A stretch of 64,000 nucleotides of DNA from an uncultured Thermoplasmata archaeon (lineage in GTDB: Archaea > Thermoplasmatota > Thermoplasmata > UBA10834): assembly GCA_963719945.1 (NCBI GenBank), contig CAVRDX010000003.1, positions 160,001-224,000 of the forward strand, written 5' to 3'. Each line of letters opens with the position of its first letter. The first letter of the stretch is position 1. Of the stretch, positions 39,338 to 48,409 are shown one piece after another. Below the pieces are notes generated by a model. It worked only from the letters and a program-made list of their open reading frames with translations. It searched no databases and had not been told where the DNA came from. The translations under genes were made by a program, and so were the position numbers.

Positions 39338-40478
39338 CGTACTGACCTAGCGTGAGTTCTAGGCTTGTACCATAATCATAATCTAACCCTCGATGACGTC
39401 GCATCTACTAGCATGAGTCGTGAGTCAGTATCGATATGATGCTGCTCTCGAACTGTGTAAAGAGGGGGAGAAAATGAACGCAAAGAAGTTTTGTGTGTCA
39501 GTTGTGGCTATGGCCCTTTTGGTATTTTCTGCGATGTCAGTGAATGTACTGGCTGAGCAGAGCGGGAATCAGAAGGACAAGCCCGATGTAATGGGGTTCG
39601 AGCTGAACCAGAATGTCGCCTTCGGCGAAGTCGTTGGCGGTGCTGCAGGCATATACGTCACCGGCGGCCTGTTCGACCTCGGTCCATTCGTGAACGAGAC
39701 GACCGGGAACGAACTGATGGCCTATGGCGAGCCTGTGAACGTTTTGGCAAACTGGTCGGACGACCTTGTCCTTCACCAGTTCAAGGCCGGATCCAAGATC
39801 AGGACCGAAGTGATCCTGTGGGACTATGCGCATCAGGCGTCTGTCTTCACAATCAGGGCCCACTTCATGATCCAGGAGATCAACCCTGAGACCGGATCTG
39901 TCTTGAGAACCGTTTGGGACGGAACTGTCGCCGAGGGTCTCTGGGCAGATGGTCCAACCGATGCGTACTCCGCAGAGGTCAACCAGCTCGGACAGCTGCT
40001 CTTCGGATACAACTGGGACACCAAGATTCTGGATTGCAAGGCTGGAACGTACAGACTGACGTTCACTATCGACTCTGCCATGCCGGACAATGTGCCATAC
40101 GAGAACACCGAGCTACAGGGAATAACCATCACCGGTGTCGATGATGTCTCGACTGAAGTCACGGATGTGTACTCCAACTCGAGTTCGACCTGGATCGAGA
40201 TGACCCTGCTACCCGCTGGCGGCAGATAAGCGTCAATCCATGAAGGGACGCCAAAAACCTTAATCGGTGTTCGGTCCCAGAGGCTGCCGACCACCTCTCA
40301 TATTCTTTTATCACTGTTAATCGTGAGTACCATCGGACCAGATAGTCTGTTACACTGACCCCTAGTCAGTACGGTATTTTAGCGCTGTTAGTTTCAATCT
40401 TGTACCAAAATCGTGAATATAGATGTGTTACTTCCTGAGAAGCTACGGCCGAGCGAACTAGTCAGTACGAATACTGAC
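39338..40478. promoter_or_regulatory. Repeated GTCAGTA/TACTGAC motif (putative operators) upstream of both secreted paralogs
   Basis: Exact copies at 39340, 39424, 40365, 40461 and 40472, plus a near copy at 40353; two inverted pairs. The span includes the intervening paralog-1 CDS. Confidence 0.55.
39474..40229 (+). CDS. Secreted hypothetical protein, paralog 1
   Basis: Signal peptide MNAKKFCVSVVAMALLVF, GGGGGAG SD, extensive identity with 40518..41330. Confidence 0.8.
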   Translation: MNAKKFCVSVVAMALLVFSAMSVNVLAEQSGNQKDKPDVMGFELNQNVAFGEVVGGAAGIYVTGGLFDLGPFVNETTGNELMAYGEPVNVLANWSDDLVLHQFKAGSKIRTEVILWDYAHQASVFTIRAHFMIQEINPETGSVLRTVWDGTVAEGLWADGPTDAYSAEVNQLGQLLFGYNWDTKILDCKAGTYRLTFTIDSAMPDNVPYENTELQGITITGVDDVSTEVTDVYSNSSSTWIEMTLLPAGGR

Positions 40479-40517
40479 CGTTCAAAGACGGTCGGAGACA
40501 AAGGGGGAGACAAACAA

Positions 40518-41330
40518 ATGAAGAGATTTGGTGTGACAGCTGTAGTGCTGGTCGTCCTTATGACTGCCGCCTTCACAGGCGCTGCCAGTGCTGCACAATC
40601 AGTGAACGCGGGTGGAAGTAACGGTGGACACAACGGAGACAGACCCGATGACCCCGGCACGTTCTTTCTCAACCAGAGCATCAACTTCGGTGAGAGAGTA
40701 GTCGCAGACGATGGCAAGAGCTATGGTATCTATATGGATGGCACCCTGTTCGAGGTTGATACGGCATACACGAACCCGGACTACCTTACCCAGGTGCATG
40801 AGATGTACTCCGAGGATGTTGTCGTACAGGCCGACTGGTCCGATAACTTGGTTCTGCACGATTGGAGAGCAGGGGACAAGATCAGGACAGAGGTGATTCT
40901 GCAGGATGTCGCGGATCCAAGCATCACAGTCTATACGATTTGCGCATCGTTCAAGATCGAGCTCATAGCCCCGCTGAACCCTGACGCCGAACCATGGGAA
41001 GGTTGGTATGGAACGACATACGAAGGTCTTTGGGTTGATGGTTCGACCGATGCATACTCTGCCGAAGTGAATCAGTTGGGAAATCTGCTCTACGGCTACA
41101 ACTGGGACACGAATGGCCTTCCAGCAGGACAGTACAGGCTGACATTCGAGCTGATCGACTGTGCGATGACGACGTACCCAGGTACCGAGACACCGGTCGT
41201 GTACAACTCAATCACAATCGATGGAATGGTCGACCCTGTCACATACAGCGCTGATGACAACTACGCGTTGGACGCAGCCGAGTACGGTTCGGCCTACACG
41301 ATGATCGAGATCACCCTTCTGGCGAAGTAG
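40518..41330 (+). CDS. Secreted hypothetical protein, paralog 2
   Basis: Signal peptide MKRFGVTAVVLVVLM...ASA. Shares WSDxLVLH, KIRTEVIL, EGLWxDG.TDAYSAEVNQLG, GYNWDT and YRLTF with paralog 1. Confidence 0.8.
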   Translation: MKRFGVTAVVLVVLMTAAFTGAASAAQSVNAGGSNGGHNGDRPDDPGTFFLNQSINFGERVVADDGKSYGIYMDGTLFEVDTAYTNPDYLTQVHEMYSEDVVVQADWSDNLVLHDWRAGDKIRTEVILQDVADPSITVYTICASFKIELIAPLNPDAEPWEGWYGTTYEGLWVDGSTDAYSAEVNQLGNLLYGYNWDTNGLPAGQYRLTFELIDCAMTTYPGTETPVVYNSITIDGMVDPVTYSADDNYALDAAEYGSAYTMIEITLLAK

Positions 41331-41356
41331 GGTAGAGTCGAATCAAACATATTTCA

Positions 41357-41398
41357 GGGCTCTGGGCAAATGCCCAAGCCCATTATTCATTTTTTTTC
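41357..41398 (+). terminator. Hairpin plus T-tract terminator
   Basis: GGGCT-CTGGGC-aaat-GCCCA-AGCCC followed by a T-rich run, between convergent genes. Confidence 0.65.
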
Positions 41399-41410
41399 CA
41401 AAGAAATCGC

Positions 41411-41785
41411 TTAGTGCTTCTTCTTGCAGATCTCACAGCCGCTCAGCTTCGCGGATACCCTGTGCATCTTGCAGAAGCGCTCCTCGCTCCGGATGTCGTT
41501 GCATGCCTTGCAGAGGACGCCATACCACTGATATCTCGTCTCTCCGGCGACTATCCTCTTGGAGATCTCATCCGCATAATCCAATATCTTCGGGAAATCC
41601 TCAAGCATCTTCGTGCTTCCACCTCTGGTGGAGCTGAGATACTGGCTCACCGATGCCTGGGTGATCCCGAGTTTCTTGGCGATCTCCGATTGCTTCATCC
41701 TGTACTTGCCCGAAAGTTCCCTTACAACAGATGCCCTGAGTGTAGGTAGGATTCTTCCAACTACGAGTTCACATGGTGTCTTCAT
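41411..41785 (-). CDS. HTH transcriptional regulator (COG2522-like) with Cys/His-rich C-terminus
   Basis: MKTPCE..LP..RA, QSEIAKKLGITQASVSQY, CKAC...CKMH...CEIC. Confidence 0.85.
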   Translation of the reverse strand: MKTPCELVVGRILPTLRASVVRELSGKYRMKQSEIAKKLGITQASVSQYLSSTRGGSTKMLEDFPKILDYADEISKRIVAGETRYQWYGVLCKACNDIRSEERFCKMHRVSAKLSGCEICKKKH

Positions 41786-41898
41786 TTCCACACCGTAATC
41801 CAAAGTCTCTGGCGCCTCAACATCAGAAAGAAGCTGCCCTCACGATTCGATAATGCCAGATAGGCTATAAACTTTTCAATGCCAGAATGTAACACGGG

Positions 41899-41972
41899 TG
41901 GGGCCGGGGAGGAGATTTGAACTCCTGTTTGCGGATCTGCAGTCCGCCACATGGCCGCTCTGTCACCCCGGC
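41899..41972 (-). tRNA. tRNA-Cys(GCA), CCA encoded, discriminator C73
   Basis: GCCGGGG/CCCCGGC acceptor stem, GCGGA-CTGCAGA-TCCGC anticodon arm, AGGAG-TTCAAAT-CTCCT T arm. Confidence 0.95.
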
Positions 41973-42112
41973 ACGGCCTGGCGTCTATCACAAACTGTCT
42001 ATTTATGGTTTTCATGAAGTCATGACGAAACCCGCCAAGAACTATCATTCTCATCATTGGCCTTTCCTCCATCGAGGACAAGATTAATACTGTACACAGG
42101 GTTCGACCAGTT

Positions 42113-43318
42113 GTGAAATTCGCTGCTGTAAGCCCATATAACGCAATCTCAAAACATGCGTTTCCTGAGAAGGTTGTCCTCTATGACAGCACCCTGAGGG
42201 ACGGCGAGCAGATGCCAGGGGTCCATTTCACCCACGATCAGAAGGTCGCAATCGCCAGGAAACTGGACGAGATACGCATGCATCAGATCGAGGCTGGCTT
42301 TCCTGCAGTCTCAGATGGCGAGAGAAAGACGGTGAAGTCGATAACATCCCTCGGACTTGATGCAGAGATTCTGTGTCTATCCAGAACGCTGAAGGCAGAT
42401 GTCGATGCTGCTATCGAGTGCGATGTCGATATGGTCCTACTGTTCATCGCAACCAGCGAACTCCATCTCAAATACAAATTGAAGATGACTCGGGAGCAGG
42501 TGATCGAAAAGGCCGTGGCTGCCGTTGACCACGCACGTTCACATGGCCTCAAGGTGAGCATGAGTTCCGAGGACAGCACAAGGTCCGATGTGGATTTCAT
42601 GCTCGATCTATTCAGAGCATCTGCTGAGGCTGGTGCAGTCAGGTTGGGAATAACCGACACACTCGGCTGCGCAGGCCCTGAGGCGATAGAGTACCTCGTT
42701 CGCAAGATAAGCGGATCGATAGATCTTCCAGTCTCCGCTCATCTGCACAACGACTTCGGCCTCGCTGTAGTGAATTCGATTGCCGCTCTCTCCAGTGGAG
42801 CTACGGCCATTGCCACGACCGTCGGAGGGATCGGAGAGCGAGCCGGCAATGTGTCTCTCGAGCAGCTGGTGATGGCTCTGAAACATCTCTATAAGAAGGA
42901 TATCGGGATTAGGACGGAAGGTCTTACAGACTTGACTAAACTCGTCTTCGAATCCGCCGATCTGTCTATCCCAGCCAATCAGCCATGGGTTGGCCCCAAC
43001 GCCTTCTCGCACGAATCTGGGATACATGTCGCTGCTGTGCTCAACTGCCCATTGACATACGAGTGCGTGAACCCTGAGGAAGTGGGCAATAAACGCCGTC
43101 TGGTCCTCGGCAAGCATTCTGGGACCCATATCGTCGTGAACAGGCTGGAGGAGAAGGATATCAAGGCCAGCCAGGAACAGGTGTGCGACATCGTGCGGGC
43201 CATAAAGCGTGCCGGTGAGGACCATGGCCGGGTCTCTGATGATGAGTTCTGGAAAATAGTGGATGGGATCATGAAGGCGGAACCAGGTCACCCTGATTGT
43301 TCTGAAGATAAAGAATGA
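42113..43318 (+). CDS. Homocitrate/2-isopropylmalate/citramalate synthase family (short form, no regulatory domain)
   Basis: DSTLRDGEQ, HLHND.GLA, GIGERAGN, AFSHESGIH, LGKHSG. Confidence 0.9.
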   Translation: MKFAAVSPYNAISKHAFPEKVVLYDSTLRDGEQMPGVHFTHDQKVAIARKLDEIRMHQIEAGFPAVSDGERKTVKSITSLGLDAEILCLSRTLKADVDAAIECDVDMVLLFIATSELHLKYKLKMTREQVIEKAVAAVDHARSHGLKVSMSSEDSTRSDVDFMLDLFRASAEAGAVRLGITDTLGCAGPEAIEYLVRKISGSIDLPVSAHLHNDFGLAVVNSIAALSSGATAIATTVGGIGERAGNVSLEQLVMALKHLYKKDIGIRTEGLTDLTKLVFESADLSIPANQPWVGPNAFSHESGIHVAAVLNCPLTYECVNPEEVGNKRRLVLGKHSGTHIVVNRLEEKDIKASQEQVCDIVRAIKRAGEDHGRVSDDEFWKIVDGIMKAEPGHPDCSEDKE

Positions 43319-43321
43319 ATT

Positions 43322-43348
43322 TCGGGCCCGAATTCATCGGGCCCGATG
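43322..43348. repeat. Tandem palindromic decamers TCGGGCCCGA-ATTCA-TCGGGCCCGA (probable bidirectional terminator hairpin)
   Basis: Read directly from the sequence, between convergent genes. Confidence 0.6.
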
Positions 43349-43381
43349 GTGTGGTGGTTCAAAGGGTTTAGTCAAGCCTGA

Positions 43382-43531
43382 TTATGCCTTTCCAAATGCT
43401 TTTGCGCTCTTGGACAACCTGACCTGTCTCTGACAGTTCGGATACGTGCACGGTGTGCAATGGTATTTCTCGCTGCACGAAGTCTCGATCTGCTCGTATC
43501 TCTCGTTCCATTTCGTTACTTGCTGTGGCAA
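43382..43531 (-). CDS. Unannotated 49-aa four-Cys microprotein
   Basis: GAGGGA SD + TTG; MPQQVTKWNERYEQIETSCSEKYHCTPCTYPNCQRQVRLSKSAKAFGKA; followed by AAACCCTTT and a hairpin. Confidence 0.55.
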   Translation of the reverse strand: MPQQVTKWNERYEQIETSCSEKYHCTPCTYPNCQRQVRLSKSAKAFGKA

Positions 43532-43699
43532 GTTATCCCTCTATGTGATGCCCACTGATGCACACGAGTTAAAAAGGATTTCTATTCTGCTCATGGAATG
43601 GTAAATAGGTGCGGGCGCCAGTACCACTCATGCTGCATGAGACATGATTTCGATTCGAAATCAAGAATCAAAGTACGATTGGGTGCGTTGTTCTCGGAT

Positions 43700-44482
43700 T
43701 CATATGTCGATTCTGCGCCCGGTCGCATCGAGCTTCGTGCGTCCAAATTCCGAGAAACCCTTCAGAACATCGATTGAGAAGACCGGCCCGTCCCGACAAA
43801 CATGCAGTCCATCGATGGCGCAGGAGTCACAGATCCCTATTCCGCATTTCATCAATCTCTCGACCGAGGCCTGCATCGGTATCGAGAGTTCGGCACACTT
43901 GTCTGCGAGCTTCGCCATCATCCGTTCAGGACCACAGCAGAATACGATGTCATGCTCGCCAGTCTGCAGCATCGGGACAGCGATGTCCGTCGCGAACCCT
44001 TTCCTGCCTTCGGACCCGTCATCGGTTGTGATGACGACCTCTGCTCCGGTCTTCATCGCTCGGTCCTTGAACAATATCTCCCTTGCCGTCCGAGCACCGA
44101 TGACAACTCTGACGTTCGACTGGTTTTCCGTTAGCTTCTCAATGAGTGGCAATAGTGCGGCCATGCCTGTTCCGCCAGCGACGATGAGCGGCTTCTTGCC
44201 AACAGAACTGAACCCTTTCCCATAGGGTCCCCGAATGCCTACGAGATCACCCAAACGTTTGATGGAGAGTGCTTTTGTGCCATCCCCCACTATCTGGTAT
44301 GTTATCCATATCTGATCCCCGATGTGTGATATCGACATAGGGAATTCGTCCACGCCCGGGACCCAGACCATGACGAACTGTCCTGGTTCAGCATCAATCG
44401 AGCCATCAAGCACGATAGTCCTGATGCTTGGAGTCTCATCCCTGTGTTCTGAAACCCTCAGCATCCTAATGCTTGACTTCAT
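43700..44482 (-). CDS. pyrK: Dihydroorotate dehydrogenase electron transfer subunit
   Basis: PGQFVMVW, RGPYGKGF, AGGTG, CGPERM, MKCGIGICDSC...VCRDGPVF. Confidence 0.95.
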   Translation of the reverse strand: MKSSIRMLRVSEHRDETPSIRTIVLDGSIDAEPGQFVMVWVPGVDEFPMSISHIGDQIWITYQIVGDGTKALSIKRLGDLVGIRGPYGKGFSSVGKKPLIVAGGTGMAALLPLIEKLTENQSNVRVVIGARTAREILFKDRAMKTGAEVVITTDDGSEGRKGFATDIAVPMLQTGEHDIVFCCGPERMMAKLADKCAELSIPMQASVERLMKCGIGICDSCAIDGLHVCRDGPVFSIDVLKGFSEFGRTKLDATGRRIDI

Positions 44483-45383
44483 GGGCAACCCCTACCATCT
44501 CGGGAATCCTGCCGAAGCCATTCCGGTCCATGAACTCCGAGATATCATTGCAGACCTTGCCGAAGACCTCTGGTCCGTGCCTCCAGACTGCTGTCCCTAT
44601 CTGAACCGAGCTAGCTCCTGCCATTATGTACTCGAGGGCGTCGTTTCCTGATTCGATTCCTCCGACGCCTATGATTGGTATCTTGACAGAGCCCCTTATC
44701 TCATAGACACATCTGACTCCGACGGGTCTTATCGATGGTCCGGACAGTCCTCCGAACCTGTTCGCGAGGACCGGCATCCTTGCCTCTGGTGATATGACCA
44801 TTCCTTTCAACGTATTGATTGCTACTATCGCGTCCGCGCCTCCCTTTTCTGCGGCCTTTGCCAAGTTGACGATGGATGTTGTGTTCGGTGTCAGCTTCGC
44901 GAACATCGGTATGTCCAGACCGCTCTTGGCCGCTCTGCAGACACTCTCAACCATCTCTGGAGTCGAGCCTACCTCTGCTCCGAATCCTTTGGCATGCGGA
45001 CAGCTGAGGTTTAGTTCGATTGCATCGGCGCCCGCATCTGCCATCAAGCGAGCCATCTCTGCGATCTCAACCTCGCCGCCTCCGAACACGCTCCCGATGA
45101 TTGGGACCCCCGCCTTCTTCGCCTCCTCCAGCTCCCTGCTGAAGCCATCTATGCCGGGGTTGGGCAGCCCCATGGCATTCATCAAACTGTCACCGAGCTC
45201 CACTATACAAGGACTGCCGTGCCCTTGCCTGGGCTCTCTGCCGATCGATTTTGTCACAATTGCGCCCGCACCCGCGCGCGCGATTGAAGCCATTGTCTTG
45301 CCTGTCTCATCCAAAATCCCTGAGGCAAGCATCGTCGGGTTCCTGAGACTCAGACCACAGATATTGACTGACAAGTCCGCCAT
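44466..45383 (-). CDS. pyrD: Dihydroorotate dehydrogenase B catalytic subunit
   Basis: NAMGLPNPG, ELNLSCPH, KLTPN, AINT, GGLSG, GVGGI. Confidence 0.96.
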   Translation of the reverse strand: MADLSVNICGLSLRNPTMLASGILDETGKTMASIARAGAGAIVTKSIGREPRQGHGSPCIVELGDSLMNAMGLPNPGIDGFSRELEEAKKAGVPIIGSVFGGGEVEIAEMARLMADAGADAIELNLSCPHAKGFGAEVGSTPEMVESVCRAAKSGLDIPMFAKLTPNTTSIVNLAKAAEKGGADAIVAINTLKGMVISPEARMPVLANRFGGLSGPSIRPVGVRCVYEIRGSVKIPIIGVGGIESGNDALEYIMAGASSVQIGTAVWRHGPEVFGKVCNDISEFMDRNGFGRIPEMVGVAHEVKH

Positions 45384-45456
45384 GGGCTTCGCTGTAGATT
45401 GCCCCTACATCTAGAAGAACTTTGCCCAAAGGTCTGTCCATCAACGATGATCGAGG

Positions 45457-45840
45457 TCAGGCCTTGGACTTCCCTGCCTTCTTCGTCTCATAATCCTTTA
45501 TGGCCTCTCTCAATGCGTCCGCTGCCAGGTTGGAGCAGTGCATCTTCTGGGGAGGCAGACCATCGAGCGATTCAGCGACATCCTTTCGGGATATCTTCTT
45601 GGCCTCCTCCAGGGTCTTGCCTCTTGCCAACTCCGTTATCATGGAACTCGTCGCGATGGCAGCTCCACAACCAAAGGTCTTGAACTTGATATCGGTGACG
45701 ATATCATCCTTGACCTTGATGTACAGCCACATGACGTCTCCACACTGGGGATTCCCTACCTTGCCGATGCCATCCGCATCGGGTATCTCACCGACGTTTC
45801 TCGGATTGGCGAAGTGATCCATAACCTTCTCAGTGTACAC
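45457..45840 (-). CDS. iscU: Fe-S cluster scaffold IscU/NifU
   Basis: YTEKVMDHFANPRN, CGD, FGCGAAIA, LPPQKMHCS. Confidence 0.96.
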   Translation of the reverse strand: MYTEKVMDHFANPRNVGEIPDADGIGKVGNPQCGDVMWLYIKVKDDIVTDIKFKTFGCGAAIATSSMITELARGKTLEEAKKISRKDVAESLDGLPPQKMHCSNLAADALREAIKDYETKKAGKSKA

Positions 45841-47044
45841 AGCTTCCACCCTCACTGGCTCCCATGGGCCTTTCTGCGTTGAACGGGGATATCTCTCTCA
45901 GCTTCGAGACCACACCGGGTAACACCTCCAGTAAGTAATCTACATCCTCATAGGTGTTTTCCCGTCCCAATGTGAGTCTGAGGCTGCCGTGCGCCTGCTC
46001 GTGAGTCAGTCCCAATGCTAACAGGACATGGGATGGTTCAAGGGACCCTGTCGAGCATGCGGATCCTGTGGATGCGGCGATGCCTTTGAAATCCAGCTGC
46101 AGTATGAGCGCCTCACCTTCGATGAAATCGAATCTGAAATGTGCATTGTTGACGAGTCGCTGGGTCCGGTGACCGTTCAGGTAGGATCTCTCGACCAGCT
46201 CGGGGACCCTGTCTATTATCTTGTCTCTGAGGGACCTCATGCGGTCAGTCACCGATTCGAAATCCCTCTTGGCAAGCTCCGCGGCCTTGCCCAAACCGAC
46301 TATCCCTGGAACGTTCTCCGTCGAAGATCGGAGACCGTGTTCGTGCCCTCCGCCGTGCATCATCGGCTCTATCTTGATGCCCTTCTTGACATACAACACC
46401 CCCACGCCCTTGGGGCCATGCAGCTTGTGCGACGAGAGCGATAGGAGGTCTATGCCGTCCTGCTTCACGTCGATAGGCATCTTTCCAGCGGCTTGTACCG
46501 CATCTGTGTGGAACGGGATCCCTTTGGACTGTGCAATCCTCGCTATCTCCCTGATAGGTTGGATCGTCCCAATCTCATTGTTCGCGGCCATGATGGATAT
46601 GAGTACAGTATTGCTCTTGATCGCCCTATCCAGTTCGGCAGGGTCCACAAGCCCTTCCCTGGAGACTGGCAGCTTGGTGACATCGAAGCCAACACTCTCC
46701 AGGTATCCGCATGATTCGAGGATCGCAGGGTGTTCGATCACGCTGGTTATGATGTGCCCTTTCGTCCGCCCTTTGTACATCGCGACCCCTTTCAGCGCAA
46801 GGTTGTCCGATTCCGTACCTCCGGATGTGAAGACAATCTCCCTCGGGTCTGCGTTGATCAGGGTGGCCACATGCTTCCTGGCAAGCTCCATGGATGCCTT
46901 GGCTTCCCGTCCGTAGGAATGAATGCTCGATGCATTGCCGAAACGCTCTCTGAAGAATGGCAGCATGGCCTCCAAGACCTCTGGCAAGACCTGAGAAGTC
47001 GCGCTATGGTCGAAATACGCCCTTTTCTTGGAGCTGGCTATCAT
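45830..47044 (-). CDS. iscS: Cysteine desulfurase IscS/NifS
   Basis: FGNASS.H, SGGTESDN, ANNEIG, SSHKLHGPKG, STGSACS. Confidence 0.96.
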   Translation of the reverse strand: MIASSKKRAYFDHSATSQVLPEVLEAMLPFFRERFGNASSIHSYGREAKASMELARKHVATLINADPREIVFTSGGTESDNLALKGVAMYKGRTKGHIITSVIEHPAILESCGYLESVGFDVTKLPVSREGLVDPAELDRAIKSNTVLISIMAANNEIGTIQPIREIARIAQSKGIPFHTDAVQAAGKMPIDVKQDGIDLLSLSSHKLHGPKGVGVLYVKKGIKIEPMMHGGGHEHGLRSSTENVPGIVGLGKAAELAKRDFESVTDRMRSLRDKIIDRVPELVERSYLNGHRTQRLVNNAHFRFDFIEGEALILQLDFKGIAASTGSACSTGSLEPSHVLLALGLTHEQAHGSLRLTLGRENTYEDVDYLLEVLPGVVSKLREISPFNAERPMGASEGGSCVH

Positions 47045-47185
47045 AACGAACGAAGGTGATGATGGCCGGTCATCTTAAAAGTTTGCCGGTGTGAACGAGG
47101 GTTTTCGGTCCCGCGTGTCGGTTTGGGGACCGCTCAAAAACTGAAAAGGACTAATACGGTCCAGTGACATCTGTGAGCGTTCAAT

Positions 47186-48409
47186 ATGGACGTCTCTAGG
47201 GTCCGTCAGGACTTCCCGTTGCTGAATTCCGAACCCGGGGGAAGATCCCTGGTCTATTTCGATAGTGCATGTCAATCACTCAGACCGACACAGGTTCTGG
47301 ATGCCATGAATGAATACTATAGGGCATTCCCTTCATGTGCAGGCAGAAGTGTTCACAAGCTCGCGACGGAAGTATCCATCCGATGCGACGACGCCCGCTC
47401 GAAGGTCGCCCGCTTCTTCGGTGCAGAGGACGCCAGCGAGATTGCCTTTCTGAAGAACGCGACGGAAGGCCTGAATACGGTGCTCCTCGGGTACGATTTC
47501 GACCATGGAGACCAAATCGTCACCACCGATTATGAGCACAATTCCCTCCAGGTCCCAGTGTTCAAGGTGTGCGGATCGAAAGGGGTCAAACACATCCCGG
47601 TCCCATCATCTGAAGATGGCACGTTCGACATCGAAGCTTTTCATGAACGGATGTCGAAGAATGTGAAGCTGGTCGCGATGTGCCTGACATCGAATGTACA
47701 TGGTTATACGCTGCCCGCAAGGGAAGTCGTGGATATCGCACATTCATATGGTGCGCGCGTACTATTCGATGCTGCCCAGTCGGCTCCGAGCATTCCTCTG
47801 GACGTGGGCGTGCTTGGAGTGGATTATCTTGCCGCATCGGCGCATAAGATGTTGGGGCCTTCGGGTGTGGGCATATTCTACGTGAATGAGGATGCTGCTG
47901 CTGACATCGAACCGATCATGTATGGCGGCCATGGGGTGGCCGAAGTCCGGAGTGGCAGATTCACCCTCCTCCCACCTCCAGAGCGTTTTGAGACCGGGTT
48001 GCAGAACTACTCCGGCATCCTGGGCACTGGAGCCGCGGTCGATTATCTCAATTCCATCGGGATGGATGATATCAGGAGCCATGAGATCGGACTCAACCGT
48101 CGCATGACTAGGGGGCTCATGCAAACTCCTGGCGTTACCATCATGAAGCCGTTCGATCCGAATATGCGTGGTGGCATATTCAGTTTCAATATCGACGGAA
48201 TGACCCCTCATGACATCGCTATGATACTCGACAACTCCAAGAACATCATGATCCGCTCAGGCATGCATTGTTGCCATTCATACTTTGATGAGATTGCTGT
48301 AGATGGATGTGCGAGAGCATCGGTCTACATCTACAACACGGATGATGAAGCGGACTTTTTCATCGAAGCTGTGCAGGACCTATCAGCCAGCTTCAGCAAG
48401 TTCAAGTGA
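47186..48409 (+). CDS. sufS: Cysteine desulfurase, SufS/CsdA (group II) family
   Basis: VRQDFP, YFDSA, EHNS, DAAQS, SAHKMLGPSG, IRSGMHC, RASVYIYN. Confidence 0.88.
   Translation: MDVSRVRQDFPLLNSEPGGRSLVYFDSACQSLRPTQVLDAMNEYYRAFPSCAGRSVHKLATEVSIRCDDARSKVARFFGAEDASEIAFLKNATEGLNTVLLGYDFDHGDQIVTTDYEHNSLQVPVFKVCGSKGVKHIPVPSSEDGTFDIEAFHERMSKNVKLVAMCLTSNVHGYTLPAREVVDIAHSYGARVLFDAAQSAPSIPLDVGVLGVDYLAASAHKMLGPSGVGIFYVNEDAAADIEPIMYGGHGVAEVRSGRFTLLPPPERFETGLQNYSGILGTGAAVDYLNSIGMDDIRSHEIGLNRRMTRGLMQTPGVTIMKPFDPNMRGGIFSFNIDGMTPHDIAMILDNSKNIMIRSGMHCCHSYFDEIAVDGCARASVYIYNTDDEADFFIEAVQDLSASFSKFK

Noticed and set aside
39178-39340. T-box or other riboswitch ahead of cysK-cysE-cysS
   Set aside because: No T-box consensus or recognisable aptamer found.
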